DNA from: Selaginella moellendorffii
Taxonomy: Eukaryota > Plantae > Lycopodiophyta
Length of the DNA: 64,000 nucleotides
Direction: 5' to 3'
Assembly (NCBI RefSeq): GCF_000143415.4
Contig: NW_003314289.1
Span: forward strand, 1,668,293 to 1,732,292
This document shows, one piece after another, positions 50,680 to 64,000 of the stretch. A program made the position numbers and the translations under genes. The notes beneath the pieces were generated by a model. The model did not search any database. It was not told the origin of the DNA and was given only the letters and a program-made list of their open reading frames with translations. Within the stretch, counting starts at the first letter, position 1; every line of letters begins with the position of its first letter.

Positions 50680-52763
50680 GGCAAGCTTCGATCAAGGTGA
50701 GAGTTTGTTCGCAGGGTTAGAAACTAAGTTTGTTTTCTCTCTCGGTGTTTCTACCGCTGCAGCGATCATGCGGCGGGGAAAAGAATGTCCGGCTCCAATT
50801 GGGGCGCGATTAAAGAAAGGCCGGTCAAACAAGCAAGCACAGCTAAGCTCGATTGATTCGAGCGGGCGAGCGAGCAAGGGAACAAAAAAAAAGGAAAAGG
50901 TTGTAAGTTGCTCGCTAAAAGCTGAGTCGAGTTGGTTGCTCGAGAACTTAACTCGCACTGAATTTGGATCTCGTCGCAACTGCCAATGAAGAACACATGC
51001 GCTGAATTGATTGGACGATTCTTCTCTCGTCTCGCAACTTTCTCCGCATTATAGAGAGATGTACGCTTTGGAGCTAATGCTGGTACGGCCGTCGCCTAGT
51101 TGCCCCAGCCACGGCCGTATGGTTCTATCTCCACGCACAGTCCATTGAACGATTCAACCATCTTTTTTTCTCGCTTTGGTTTTGCTTGCTTTGGACAAAG
51201 AGAAAAAGGAGATACACATTGATATCTCGGCTCATCATCGCATCGCAGCCTCCCCCGTGCCCACTTTGACTCTGAACTCCGCCACCTTACTTGATGCCGG
51301 GGTGATCAGCGACATGCATGACGTAGCAAGCAAGCCCCTGCCACCTTTTACAATATTAAATACAATTTCCTGGCTCATTGTCAACACAAACACCATCATC
51401 ATCTTGCATAGCAATTGCAATCCCTCGTCAGGCTTGAATGGGGAGGGAGTAGAAGAAGAATGAGAAGCTTTTGCTTGTGGGCAAGAAAGAGCATCACTTT
51501 CTCTGGGAATTTGACTTTGATTTGTTGCAAGAGAGAGGGATTTCAAGGAAAGGCCTGCTACTTTCTGCTACTGTTGTTGCTGCTGCTGCTGCTGCTGGCT
51601 GGAAGAAGAAAGAGAAAAAAGAGAAAGCAAGAAAATAAAAGGTGGTGTGCAATTAAGTAAATGGGGGCTTCCAAAAGCAGGTCTCTTTCCAGCTCATGCA
51701 CTGTTGTGTTTAATCCAGACCACCATTAATCCAGAGGGTTTGGTTGGCGTGCCATTTTACCACTAGATAGCCCCCCCAACCCCCCTTTTTCAATCAAGTT
51801 ACCACACCAGTCAACATTGTCTCTTCACTTTTGAAGTGGACTCTCCATCCATTCCATTCCACATTTCATGGGAAAAAAATCTGCAGAGAAAGGCCAGCAT
51901 TTTTCTTAAGAGCAGGAGTGTGACCATACAATTGGGCTAGTTCAATTGTTTCAATGTTGGCTATCAAACTTGGCCATGATCCTTCTTGGCTCTACAAGTT
52001 ACAACTATGGATTTCATACTCTTGAACTATGCCACTTTCAACTCTGCAACTCCCCCAAGAAGCACTTAGGTGCCTTCACTCATGAAACTACAACCAAATT
52101 TACTACATTGCCCGAATCCCATGAATTCTAACAAGTTTCACTCCCTCTCTTGCTTGCTTGCTTATAAGTTGTAATAACTCTCTCCCATCCCACCAAACTC
52201 TGAAAGCTCTGTGGACTTTCTTTGCGTCTTGCCCTAGACAAAGCTTGGGAAAAAGTCCCATGCGCGTCCAATGTGGCCTGGCTGGCTGGCTACACAACAC
52301 ACACACGAGCTTTTGTCTTGGTGTTTAAGCATTAGGGCGCCATATGTGTTGGTCACGTGGCAAGTATCATGCCCACGTCACTTCTACGTGGACCAGCCAA
52401 GATTTCGAGCTCTCGTTTGAATCAACACCAAATCTCGTCTCAATATATCCAAACAAACGAGCATCTATGTAAAACAAGCTTTGTTGCATATCAAGATCCA
52501 GGCTATGATCCAAAGCATGATGATATTATAGATTTCAAAGTTTTTTAGTATGGTTGGTGGTCTGGACACTTCGTTTTCTTTTTGCCAAATCATGCCATGC
52601 TGCTACTGGGATATCGATCGATCGATCGATCGAGAGGGTGTCTAGCAGCAGCAGCAAGTGTGCAAACAGTGGGATCTCTTCTCTCTCTCTCTCTCTCTCT
52701 CGCTCGCTCGATCGATCGATCCATCCAAAAGAAGAGGATGGTTCTAATCCAAGCTCTCGATGA

Positions 52764-53487
52764 TCAATGCACGCCATTGGAGTTCGCCCACTGCGGCCGC
52801 ACGGGCGACCACTTTGGCAACCGGGGACTGAAGTAGCTGCTCACCACCCGGGCATTGAGGAGCTCTACGATGGGCGTGAACTTGACGCAGCGCGGGGTCT
52901 TGTACTGGTTGATGGAAGCCCCGCGGCTGAGCGCGTAGTCCATGAGCTGATCGAAAGTCCCCGGCTTCACCACCTTGATCTCTAGAGGACCGATGCTTCG
53001 ATCCGAGGCTCTCCCCTGCCGGTAGACGCTGTCCAGCGATTCCTCGATGGCCAGGCAGCACTCCTCGAGCACGTCCTTCGGGATGGGCGAGGAGCTCCGG
53101 AGCTCCCAGAAGAGGACGTAGTGGCCGGGGATGGTGGTGGTGTCGGCGTAACTCGTGTACTCGATGAGCCGGGCGCCGTAGCTGGACTCGATGCCCGCGG
53201 TGGCGCTGCGCACGGCCTTGGCTAGATCCTCCTCGCCCGTCTTGTCCGAGTCGATGCTCAGCACGACGTTCTTGCGGCACACGAAGGCGAATTGGGGCGC
53301 CGAGTTGTGGAAGCCCGTGACGCGGAGGATGTCGCCCACGCGGTACCGGCACAGCCCTGTCGAATCAGACGGCGTGATCATCAGCCTTGGAGGATCCCCA
53401 CAAAAGAAGAGAGAAAGCAAAGGTGGTGACCAGAGTAAACTCAGCTATGGCTGCCAAGAACACACATATAGCACACCCACTGTCACG

Positions 53488-53518
<31 letters not shown>

Positions 53519-55012
53519 CGCCAAAGGAAAGCTTAGAAGCTTCCCTCTATCAGTCGAGATCGATGATCTTACCTGCGTAGGTGGTGATGACGAGCTCGTA
53601 CTCGTGACCCATCTTCACGTCCACGAGCTCCACCAGCTCGGACGGATCCGGCACCCTGGCCGCCTTGCTCTTGCCGCTCTTGGGCTTGATCTTCTTCTTG
53701 GCAACGTTATCGTCCTGGTCGGATGAGGAGGAAGCCGCGGAGTCCTCGTCGGAATCATGGTGGAGCACGGGCAAGAACTCAAAGTACGCCATGTTGGGCA
53801 GCAGAGTGTACGAGACTTCCGATGGCGGGCACAGCGGCTGGAGATTGATCCCAAAGTAGCACTCAGAGGAAGCGTACATGGTGCACACGAGCGGCAGCCC
53901 CCCGGAGTAGTAGTCGAGCGTGGGGATGTACTGCGCCATGGTGCCGGTGACGATCACGTCGATATACTTGGTGTTTGGCCACAGCCGCGCGATGATGCCG
54001 GCCCATGACTCCTTGCGGCACTGCTCGGCGATGTCGTCGGCCAGCGCCGGGTCGGGGCGTGGCATGAGCGCCAGCACCGCGCGGCGCGCCGCTGCGTCCA
54101 CAACCAGCTCGTTGAGCCCGCCCGCGCGGATGTCGTCGCACAGCTCCCGCCAGTGGGTCTCGAGGAAGCGGATGGCGCGCAGGAATCCCGAGGCGAAGAC
54201 CGCGCCCATGCGAAGAACTTCGTGGCGCTGGAGGAGGCCGCACAGGAGCTGGCAGTACATGCTCTGGTGCGCGTCGGGGCAGAGCACGGTCTCGTTGGGG
54301 CTCGTGTAGACGTTGCAGGGATCGTAGGGGCGCTCCGTGAAGTAGCGGCTCTTGTAGTAGCTGGTGAGCACCGGGCGCGCGAGGAGGCCGCCCGGGGTCT
54401 TGGCCTCGGATTTGATGAAGAAGAGGTACATCCCTTTGCCTTGATCCAGTCCCGGGAGATACCTGCGCAGCGCATGCACGAGTTTGTCAATCGCTAGCTC
54501 GAGCGCGATCAAGCTCGAGACCACACTCACTGGTTCATCACGGGCATGAGGAGGCTGTAGAGCAGGCAGCGGCGCTCGAATTCTTCCGAGATGGTGGGCA
54601 TGAGTTTCCTCTGGCCAGCCGACGTTCCCGAGCTGGGAGGAGCAAAATTGTGAGTACCAACATCGAGATCGCCATCGCCCAACATCGCAAATGGAAAGAA
54701 GGATCGAGAATTTCTTTCTTACCTGGTGAGGAACTCGGAGATGGGATGGGCGGAGAGGATGGGCGAGGTGTCGCCATTGGCAATGCGTTGGATCTCGGGC
54801 TCGAGGTCCTCGTAGGTGATGACGGGCAGGCATTGGCGGAACGAGGCCTTGTCGGTGCGGCCATTGAGGCCGTGGCGTTTGAGGTACTCGGTGTGAGCAT
54901 TGCGCTCCAGGATGGCCGACAGCACCGCCGACTGGACTTCCGCCGCCTCGCTCGTCACCTTCTCGATGAACTGCAAGGCTTGCTTCTCGCGCTCCTTGTG
55001 CTCCAGATTCAT
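52764..55012 (-). CDS. GH3: GH3 acyl-acid amido synthetase (IAA-amido synthetase-like); exons 55012-54723, 54632-54531, 54462-53573, 53356-52764
   Basis: [57 protein letters not shown]; canonical GT-AG junctions. Confidence 0.95.
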
Positions 55013-55077
55013 CTTGCCTTTGCGAAGTTGCTGCGAGTTTTGCGGGGGGCGCGTGTGATCTTCTCTCCTCTGCAACA

Positions 55078-55250
55078 CTATATAGAGCTCAGATTATCGT
55101 TCCAGCGGTGAAATGCTTCATGCAATTCTCTTGACCCCTTCCACCACCATTACCAGCACCACCACACCACCACAGACAATGGATCAACAAGGAATGGATG
55201 TTCCAAATGATGAGGGGAGCCTAAAGGAGGGGCGCCAAGCACAAGAGACA
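55078..55250 (-). promoter_or_regulatory. GH3 proximal promoter: TATA box and TGTCTC auxin-response element
   Basis: TATATA at about 55079-55084; GAGACA (TGTCTC on minus strand) at 55245-55250. Confidence 0.5.
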
Positions 55251-55883
55251 TACCACCACCACTAGCAAAAGAAAAGTGTGGAGGAAAAGAGAAGAGATCT
55301 CTATTGGCGAGCAGACGAGCGAGCAAGGGTGTTTGGCAGCCTATCTATGCCTAGAGCGTCGCTTTGTGTATAGACTAGAGCGTGTATATGTACGATCCAG
55401 TGGAGCGAGCGTGTGTGTTGTATTTGTAGGTAGTCCACGAGACCAAAAGCCCAGGGAAAAGCACACCGGCAAAGGGAGAAAAAGAGTGCTAGCGTCTTTG
55501 ACAACAAGCAAGGGATATGGAGTGAAGTTCTCACTCGCTCAACTCGAGCTCTAACTTATTCACTCTGGGAAGAAAGATCACACACAAGCCTGAGAGACTG
55601 GAAGAGAAAGAAGAGATAAAAAGAGAGGAGTGTTTGAGCGAGGTGTTTACCACAAGGACGGATTTTATAGAGACGAAGGAGGGACCCTTCGTGAAAAATG
55701 AAAATAAAAAAGAGAGAGAAAAAGAGCTCTTTTTTTCTTCTTCTCGTTGCGGTGGGACCGAAGCGAACTAACACCAAACCAAAGTACCACAGACCAAGGA
55801 CTCGTATTACTCTCTCTCGCTCTCCCAGCAAAAGAAGGTCGCAATTTTCAAAGGGGGCTAAAACAGCTTTTGGCGAGCTCCGA

Positions 55884-55932
55884 TGAGTGAGTGAGTGAGT
55901 GATGAATGAATGAATGAATGAATGAATGAATG
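55884..55932. repeat. (TGAG)n/(TGAA)n microsatellite
   Basis: Seen directly. Confidence 0.9.
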
Positions 55933-58900
55933 CAACCGGGGAGCGAGCGAGCGAATTGTTGGGAAATTTTTATACGCGCAAGGAGGAGGAGCCCAGAGAG
56001 ATTTCCCTGAATCCAAAAACCTCTTTTGACCATTCAAAGGGAGGAGTCATGGGGGTGTGTTCTTGCTTGGCGAGATCTCGCGCGCAGAGCTAGCTGGGAT
56101 GTTGGAGGACTGACCGACTTTATAAAAACACGCTCTTTTGTTTGGAGAGCATTGTTTATACAATTGAGGAGCGCGAGATGGAAGAAGAAGAAGAAGACGA
56201 CGAGGAAGAATGAAAACAATGCAGGGCTTCTTAATGCACAGCACAGATTATGCTGCTGCCAGGAGCCAGTGCGTGCAAATCGCGAAGAAAAACAAACCAT
56301 GTTTTAGAGAACCCATGACACAAAACACCCACCTTTAGCGAGAGATCTTCCTTAGAACTTGTGAACGTAAGAGTCGGGATTTGTTATCTTTGTTTGATCC
56401 GGATCTCTTAGGAGATCGAGAGCGAGCGAGCGAACAAGCGCGTGATCGATCGAGAAAGAGAGAAGGCCGGAAAGGCTCTTGATGCAAAGCTAACATCTCC
56501 TCCATGGTTTATATAGTCCCCGTCTCTTGGAGGCTGGGATATTCGTGGGCGAATATGCTGCTGGCTTGCACAGGGACATGATCATCATCGTTATCAGGCA
56601 ACAAGGAAGCATTGTTGGAAATTGTTTCAGTGTTTTGCCGCTGTTCATCCATGTCGTCACGACTCCATCTTCCTCGTTCTCTCTCACTTGCATGGCCCGG
56701 CACCAGACACGGACTCGTTCGTCTATAAACGCCACCGCCACCGCCGCCACAGCCACCGCCAATTTACAAAGTAAAAACTTGTTCCATTCCATTCCTCTCG
56801 CCATGGATCGAAGGAGAGAACCGAAGTTCCACCACCCAAGTTTAAAGGAGGTGGCCCAGATTTACATGCGTAAGACACCAAGCACAAGTTTCTATCTCAC
56901 TTGATGACCCAAGGTGGCATTTAATGACCAGGGGACCAAACCCAAAAGAAAAATAAAAAAAAATTCACTCGGGGAGGCTTTGACTGGTCAACCCATTGAC
57001 CGCGTAGAATGTACGACACGACCTCCTCCAAATCTAGGAGGCCTACCGCACGTGAGATGGGCCACTCCGCCAGCCACAGCCAGCCAAACAAATGCCCTAA
57101 TTACTCGCACTCCGCCACCCTGCAGCGTGGATTTATGGCAAATGCTTTTGCGCAGCGTCGCAGGAAACACGAAAGGAGGAGTTGTGCAAGCGAGCTAGCG
57201 AGCGCCGAGGAGGAACAAAAGTAACAGCGACTGGAATGGAGAAGGATTGCCAGGAATGCGACCACCATTTTATCTTCCACCACCTTTTCTCTTCTTTGTT
57301 TTCTCTGTTTGTTTGTGATATGAACTATCTTTTTAAGCATGGTCCGGGGACCCCGGGATTGCATGAGTGATCCACTCAACCGAAATCTCTCCCCGCCTTG
57401 TTTGTGTTGCGTTGTTTATTGGTACGGAGGGCTCTTTCTTTGGGAGACAGGATCCCCGTCCTGGGGATGGATCGAATCTAGCGAGAGAGATTGAATAATA
57501 CTCCGCAAGCTCTAAAGGGGGGCCAGCAGCACGCGTTTACAGGATGAGGATTACAGGCTCACCGCAGCTCTGGCCGGACGGGGCTTTGGTGGTAGTTACG
57601 GAAACTCACAGAACATTCGTTTGTTTTGTGGAGAAAATGGTCCTTTTCATCAGAAGCGTAATCTATTCAAGTTATTTTATAAGGTTGTGCAACATGAGAT
57701 GAACAGAGTGTTGCTGCTGCTGTTGTTGTTGGGTTTGTGCTGTTGCTGTTTGTCCAATCCAGCCAAGCGTGCAAGTGATGTACCACTGTTGCAATTGACA
57801 TCGTCCTAGGTGCTTTTTGCACAACCACCGTTGACACATCAAATCGTCGCAAAAGCACCGTGCTGTCAGCATGCCACCCAACAACCAGCAAACAATAAGC
57901 AGCCACAGCAGCAACCCCCCGCCCCCTCTCCACAGCGCCCACGCTCGCCTCCAAAAACCTCTAAACTTACAAAACCACTCGGGTGATCAAGCAAAACAGT
58001 GGGCTGATCAAGGGCGGTGGAGATGATTACGTGAATGATTGGGTTGGCATGCATGATTGGTGGCATAGTATAGCCTAACACGATGTGTGTGAAGCTTGTG
58101 TGTGCCAAGCCAGGAACCCCACTCGGTGGATCCCTTTTCGTTTCTTCCAGTGCGTTCAATGAAATGCACAGTTGATTCATGAGTTTGCACAGCCCCCACC
58201 GATGGATGGATGGATGAACGCTCGCCAACGACGTGATAGCTATCTTGTCGTATAGCGAGTACGGCACGACGGGAATTGGAGTGCATTGAAGCATAGCGGA
58301 GGAACAGGCCGTACCATATTCTTCCTGTCTATGTGGGTTTTGTTGTTGTTGTTGATGATGATGATGAAGAAGCGGGATGCTTTTTGGTAATAGTACTAGT
58401 TGCTTTGCTGCTGCTGGCTGCTGCTGGCTGCTGCGGCTGGCTGCTCTGGTGCTGTCGCTGCTGCTCTCGCTATACGCCGATTTTTTTACACAGTGGTGGT
58501 GTGTGTTTTTGTGGTTGGCTGGTTTTTATGAGGGGGAAAGATCGGCCGGCCCAGACGTGGAATCTTGAATAGTCGCGTTCGTCCAAGTGTTGTGCTTTCT
58601 TATGTGAGGCTCTTTAGCAGACAAGTCTTGCAAGGCCAGCCAACAAAGCGATGTCTTTTACGCATTTGGAAGTGGGGGAAATGTCTGGCTGTGCCGGCAG
58701 AAAAGACGGGGCTTGTCGGGTGTGTACCCAACGTGCCCAGCTGGTCTGGCAGGGCAGGCCCCGGGCAATGGACCCCCTCGCTCGCCCATGAACCCTATTC
58801 GCGCCCTCGTCGCCTCCGCCACCTTTTGTTCTAATGCGGGTCAACCCCCTGTGGACATTGTTGAGATTCCGCGGGGGCGCAATTTGCTGGTGGAGGAGCA

Positions 58901-60099
58901 AGCAAGCACAGAGAAACATGTAGATGGCGCAGTAACTTGTGTGTTGTCCTGTCTCTTTGACCCCGTGATCTTGTACAGCTTCGTCGATTCGCAAATCACC
59001 TCTTGCGGAGGGGAGAATCTTTGAGTTTTCGCGCTTGGCGGTTGCTTGGAACTCTGGATCTTCTATTGCGACGAATTCTCTTCTCTTTCTAAGTTCCTGT
59101 GCTGGCTACTTGAGAGCCTTAAAGTTGGTCGTTTTTTTCTTTCTTTTTCTTTCCAGGTTGATGTGAGCTGCCCTTGTTTGATCCGAACCGAGCACATCGA
59201 TCCATTCGGGCTCGAAACTTCTGGGCGCGCACGAAAACGATGTGAGAGGGGAGGAGTAAATTTGTGCTGTGCTCCCTCACTTTCTTCGCCTTGATGGCGT
59301 CGAGGAGAGTACGGTGGTCCTGCATGTCGACGGCCGAAAGCCGACGTGCAGAGAACTAAGGAATCACGCCTTTGAAACTCAGCAAACTCACCAGTGCCAA
59401 ACTTTTTCTTACACACACAATGGCTTAATGTTACGTACCCGGAACAACAAAGAAGTCATCCCGCCATGGAATCGTCCCGTACGTAGGTACGGACCCCTGA
59501 AAGAGCAACGTTTTAGCGGCGTTTTGAGGAAGTTCCTCCGCAGTTCGAGTTGATCACGCTGTACGTTTGCCCCCGCCCCCCCCCAACATTGACTCCGCAT
59601 CCATAGGCCTGCTAAGTTTAAGCCGTCGATCGACACACGACTCTTGTGGATTCCATTGGAAAGGAGTGAAAAAGTCCAATGCTTTTGTTTCTCCACGATC
59701 ACCGATCGGCTAGTGGGCCTTGATCCCCCAGGGTCCATGTCTAGCTGTGTCAAACACGATCAAAGGCTTACGAATCAAAGCAATATCCGCGGACAAACGA
59801 AAGTCTCCCATTCCAAAGTTGAATCGCGAGCATTCGCTTGCGCATGGCTTCGGTCATTCTCAACACGTGGTTTGGATCTAGATTGTTTGGAAGTCAAGAT
59901 TGGAGAAAGGTCAGAGCTTTTTACGTGCTAAGTGTCAATCCAATGCTACAACTTGCAAGGCTAGCATTTGCTGTAGCCTAAAACTCATGTGTACGTGCCA
60001 ACTTGAAAGATGGCCATGCATGGCATTTGCTGTAGCCTAAAGCGTCCGCACGTGTTTAGTGAATAAGTCGTCCATCGTCCTTCGCCGGTGCCGAACTCT

Positions 60100-61740
60100 T
60101 CCACAGCTCAACTAGATCCACGCCGCGCTCATCATCGATCGAGACCACGATGTGGTCGTTGCCAATCTCCTCCTCCAAGCCTACGCCGACGATGCTTTCC
60201 ATATCTTCCTGGCGATGTGGCAAAGGAACGTCTTCTCCGGTCTCTTGGAAGAGGCGATTATCCTGTTCGCGGGAATGCCCCACCGGGATCCGGTGTGTTG
60301 GAACGGGATGATTAGGAGCTCCAGCCCGGATTTCATTGCTAATCTCTTCCTCAGGATTGTGGCAATGATCCGGAATCGCGGAGGCGATGGAATTCTTTTG
60401 GGGATGCCAGATCGTAGCGAACTGTCCTGGAATCTAGCAATCGCAGCAGTTGCCATTAATGGGCAAATTTCTGCAAGCGTTTCTTTCCTTTTTACGATGA
60501 CAATGTGGAGTTTGATTGCTTTCAACACGATCCTCCACTCTTGTGTTGCGCACTGCAATTACGACTCAGCGCTTGATCTCTTGAAAAAAATGCCAATTGT
60601 GAATGAAATCTCAGGCAGCGCTGCAATCACAGCATTGCCGCCAAGGGGCAAATGGATAGCGCTTGCGCAATGTTTTGGGCGATCATCCAGCGGAGCGTGA
60701 TGCTGTGGATGACCATGGCTGTCGCACTGTTTCGTTTCGAACGCATAGATCTTGGATGGACTGTTCGCCGCTGTGGACAAGTTCTTCCTGGAACTCGTTT
60801 CTTCCAGCAAGTGCCAGTAGAGGGCATCTTGTTCCAGATCTTCCCGAGAGGATTTTCAAGGAGCTGCTTCCTGCCAGAGATTTGATATCGTGGAACACGA
60901 TACTGATGGCGCTGTGCGATCACCAACGCGTGGACCGAGAGTGGCGATCTTCGGAGGAGCTCCAATGTGGGGTCTTGTGACCTGGAACACGATGCTCGGG
61001 GCATCGGGCGAGAGGATGACGACGATGTTCGATTCGATGCCACAGAGAGACGTGATCTCCTGGACCGTTTTGATCACTACGGCCTTGGCGCAATCGATCT
61101 TCGAGAAGATGCCGCAGAGGAGCGTCGTGCCGTGGACAGCAATGATCCAAGCCTTTGCCAATCGAGGGGATTTGCATCGAGCGAGAGATTGCTTCGAGCA
61201 AATGCCCGAGTACAATCTGGAACGCGATGATCCACGCGTGTGGAAGCGCTGGGATGATCGCGATCGCGACGAGATCTCGTGGAACACTGTCCTGGCAGCA
61301 CTTGCCAGCGATGGAGATCATCATCACTCGAGGGCATGTGGATGAAGCTTCGTGGCCGTGCTGCTCGGCCGATCACGCCACCGGCGGCTTGATTCTCGAC
61401 GAGCATGGGTTTGGATCACAGGTCGCCACGGCAATGCCCTGGGCCAGATCCACAGCTCTTCCAGCGACTGCAATCCATCCATCCCAATCCGGCGCTGTGG
61501 TCCGTTCCACAAATCGATCGCGCTGGGCATTGCCTCTGATGGTGTCACATTCTTGGCGCTTCTCCCGTGCTGCGGTCACACGGGTCTGGTCGATCGAGGC
61601 GTGGAGCTGCTGCGGTCCATGGCGGGCAATTTCGGGGTTGGCTGTGCTGGATCTGCTGGGGCGGCAGAGTAGAAGGAGCCATGAGCGCTGCCGTGAGCCG
61701 GGCGAGTGGCTGCAGCTCGGGACGATGCTACAAAGCCCTA
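60100..61740 (+). pseudogene. Frameshifted PLS-class PPR pseudogene
   Basis: PPR motifs (HDVVVANLLLQAY, MPHRDPVCWN, MPQRDVISWT, VTFLALL.CCGHTGLVDRG) scattered across shifting frames with deletions. Confidence 0.85.
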
Positions 61741-61746
61741 ACGTGT

Positions 61747-61766
61747 AGAACCCTAATTAGGGTTCT
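61747..61766. promoter_or_regulatory. Palindromic double telo-box-like element before DEX1
   Basis: Perfect 20-bp palindrome AGAACCCTAATTAGGGTTCT just upstream of the ATG at 61775. Confidence 0.55.
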
Positions 61767-61774
61767 TGCGGGCG

Positions 61775-64000
61775 ATGGAGAAGCGGATGCTGCTCCTCAC
61801 GCTGCTCGTGCTGCTGCTTCTGGGATCGATCGACGCGCAGATCTCCAAGCCGATTGCTCACGACTCCAATGTGGAGGAGAGCGTCAAGCAGAACAAATTC
61901 CGCAGCCGCGAGGCCAGCGACGATCTTCTCGGCTATCCAAACCTGTGAGTACTTTTTTACCTCGCTTTCTTGCTTAGCTGCATTCCTTGATCGATTGGAA
62001 ATTTTCCTCTTACCAATAGTTTTTTTTTTTTCCCATCTAGAGACGAAGAAGCTTTGGCGAACACGCAGTGTCCGAGGAACTTAGAATTGCGATGGCAGGC
62101 AGAAGCGAGCGCAAGCATCTACGCTGCTCCTCTCATCGCAGACATCAACGGGTGAGTATCCTTGTTTCTTTCTCTTGATGCGAAGAAAACTGTGGATTGA
62201 TTTGATACAAGGGATGGGAAACTGGACATTGTTGTGCCGTCTTTCGTTCACTACCTCGATGTTCTTGAAGGAGCAGATGGGGAAAAAATGCAAGGTGTGT
62301 TGAGTCGTGGAGCTTGATGGTGCTACTGATTTATGCTTGTCCTCGCTGCTTAGGATGGCCGGCTTATCACCAATCCACAGTGCATTCCAGTCCCTTGCTT
62401 TACGATATTGACAAGGATGGATATAAGGAAATTCTTTTGCCGACTTACAACGGAGAAGTTCTTATGTTCCGGTAACTTGAAGCAAAAGTTTGAAGCTCAA
62501 AACAAGTTTTGCTCTTTTTTGCTTTGTCAAGTTCGTCGGGCTATCCGATAAATGAGAAGATCACAGTTCCAAGGTTACGGGTTCGAAAGGACTGGTATGT
62601 TGGATTGAGTCCTGACCATGTGGACCGATCTCATCCTGATGTTCACGATGATGGTTTAGTGATTCCTTCTCCTCCTGGTACGTATCAATGTCTCTGTGTA
62701 AAATCCATTCGCTCTTGTTTAGCTCTTGCGGCTTGCAGGCGTGTCAAGTGACCACGCGGTAGCGAATGCTTCTAGTACCATCGCCACGAAGGATGGACAG
62801 AACGGTTCTAGTACTATCGAGACGAAGGATGGACAGAACGGTAGCTCTCCCGGCAATGTTTCGGGAAAACTGGACAACTCAACCTTAAGCAACACTCCGG
62901 AGACATTGAACGTTTCAGCAACTGCAACTGCAGGGAATGGATCGGCTACTTTGAAAGTTAGTGACGTCGCTGAAGCTGGGTCAGAACTTCGCATGGGTAC
63001 TACAAGTCCGAATAACACGCAGGGAACACAGAGACGGCTTCTCCAACAGGAAGCCACAGCCGGTGACAACCGAGAGAAACTGGAAGCGGATGCAGAGGCC
63101 ACGTTTGATGTTTTCCGTGATAAGGGAGGGCTGAGTGACGAGTATGCTTACGATTATGACGACTACGTAGACGAATCGATGTGGACCGATGATCACTGGG
63201 TTCAGGCTGTCCACGAAAGGGAAGAAGACTTTATCGACATAGACGCACATATTCTTTGCACACCGGTAAGTGTGTCTTGTTTGGTTTTTGGCAGATGGCT
63301 AATATTGCCACTGTCTCCAGGTGATTGCAGACATTGACAAGGATGGAGTCGACGAACTTATTGTTGCTGCTTCCTTTTTCTTTGATCGTGAGTAAGCTCT
63401 CCTGCCGCTTTTCAACCTTGCATTTGGTAGCACAGGTATTCATTCTTTCTTTGCAGGTATTACGAAGCAAATCCTGACTTGCTCAGCAAGGATGTCGATA
63501 TTAGCAAATACGTTGCTGGAGCCATCTTCGTTTTTAGTTTGGACACGAAACAAGTCAAGTGGAAAATACATTTCGACCTTAGTACCGATTCTGTGGCGTT
63601 CCGTGCGTATATCTATTCATCGCCGACGGTAGTCGACCTGGATGGCGATGGATACCTCAGTATCGTAGTTGGGACATCCTTCGGATTCGTTTATGCTCTG
63701 CATTACAACGGTAATACTTGGTTTTTTTTTCTGTTCTCTCGCAGGCCTCAGAAACTTTTCCTTAACTTGTTTTGTTTGCAATCCAGGTATTGTAAGGAAA
63801 AACTTCCCGCTACAAATGGGAGAGATTCACGCCCAGGTTGTTGCGGCTGACGTAAACGACGATGGGAAAGTCGAGATTGTCACCGCTGACACAAGAGGCA
63901 ATGTTGTTGCCTGGGAGACCGATGGCAAGCTATTGTGGGAAGTTCATCTCAAGAGTATGATAGCTCAAGTAAGTTTTTGATTCGTTTCTCTAGTTTTTGA
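61775..64000 (+). CDS. DEX1: DEFECTIVE IN EXINE FORMATION 1 (FG-GAP repeat membrane protein), 5' part, runs off the window
   Basis: Signal peptide, [90 protein letters not shown]. Confidence 0.95.

Noticed and set aside
51410-51440. Possible miR390/TAS3 target site (gcaatccctcgtcaggctt)
   Set aside because: Too many mismatches plus a bulge, and no tasiARF sequence nearby.
51176-51660. Small ORFs between the UAS gene and GH3
   Set aside because: No recognisable domain or peptide-hormone motif; low-complexity sequence.
62770-62845. 36-bp tandem duplication in DEX1 ([24 protein letters not shown])
   Set aside because: In-frame change within a low-complexity linker; unremarkable.
61775-64000. 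Functional link between DEX1 (spore/pollen wall) and Dit1-like genes (yeast spore wall)
   Set aside because: About 48 kb apart with many unrelated genes between; no evidence beyond thematic coincidence.

Overview
Compact, intron-rich land-plant nuclear DNA. Short introns, PLS-class PPR genes and GATC/CT microsatellites suggest a lycophyte such as Selaginella (inference). The standout is an array of three intact, intronless paralogues (2998-4551 -, 5744-7294 +, 11688-13241 -) of DIT1/PvcA-family isocyanide (isonitrile) synthases. They resemble the fungal Dit1 subtype, carry TATA boxes and shared promoter motifs, and sit among ordinary plant genes, which points to a horizontally acquired, amplified enzyme family not known to me as characterised in plants. 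Copy 3 is a recombinant of copies 2 and 1. The rest of the window holds: an importin-13/transportin-like gene head-to-head with FolD; an OPR1-type ene-reductase with an MGCxxT N-terminus; a reciprocally decayed FolD/alpha-beta-hydrolase duplication split by copia remnants; two alpha/beta hydrolases; an intronless DxDxT phosphatase; a PLS-class PPR gene plus PPR pseudogenes; a TBL O-acetyltransferase; an internally deleted Ty3/gypsy element with 176-bp LTRs; an EEP-endonuclease remnant; a UAS-domain gene lacking UBX; a GH3 gene; and the 5' part of DEX1. Exon boundaries were read by eye, and family assignments rest on motif recognition, not database searches.
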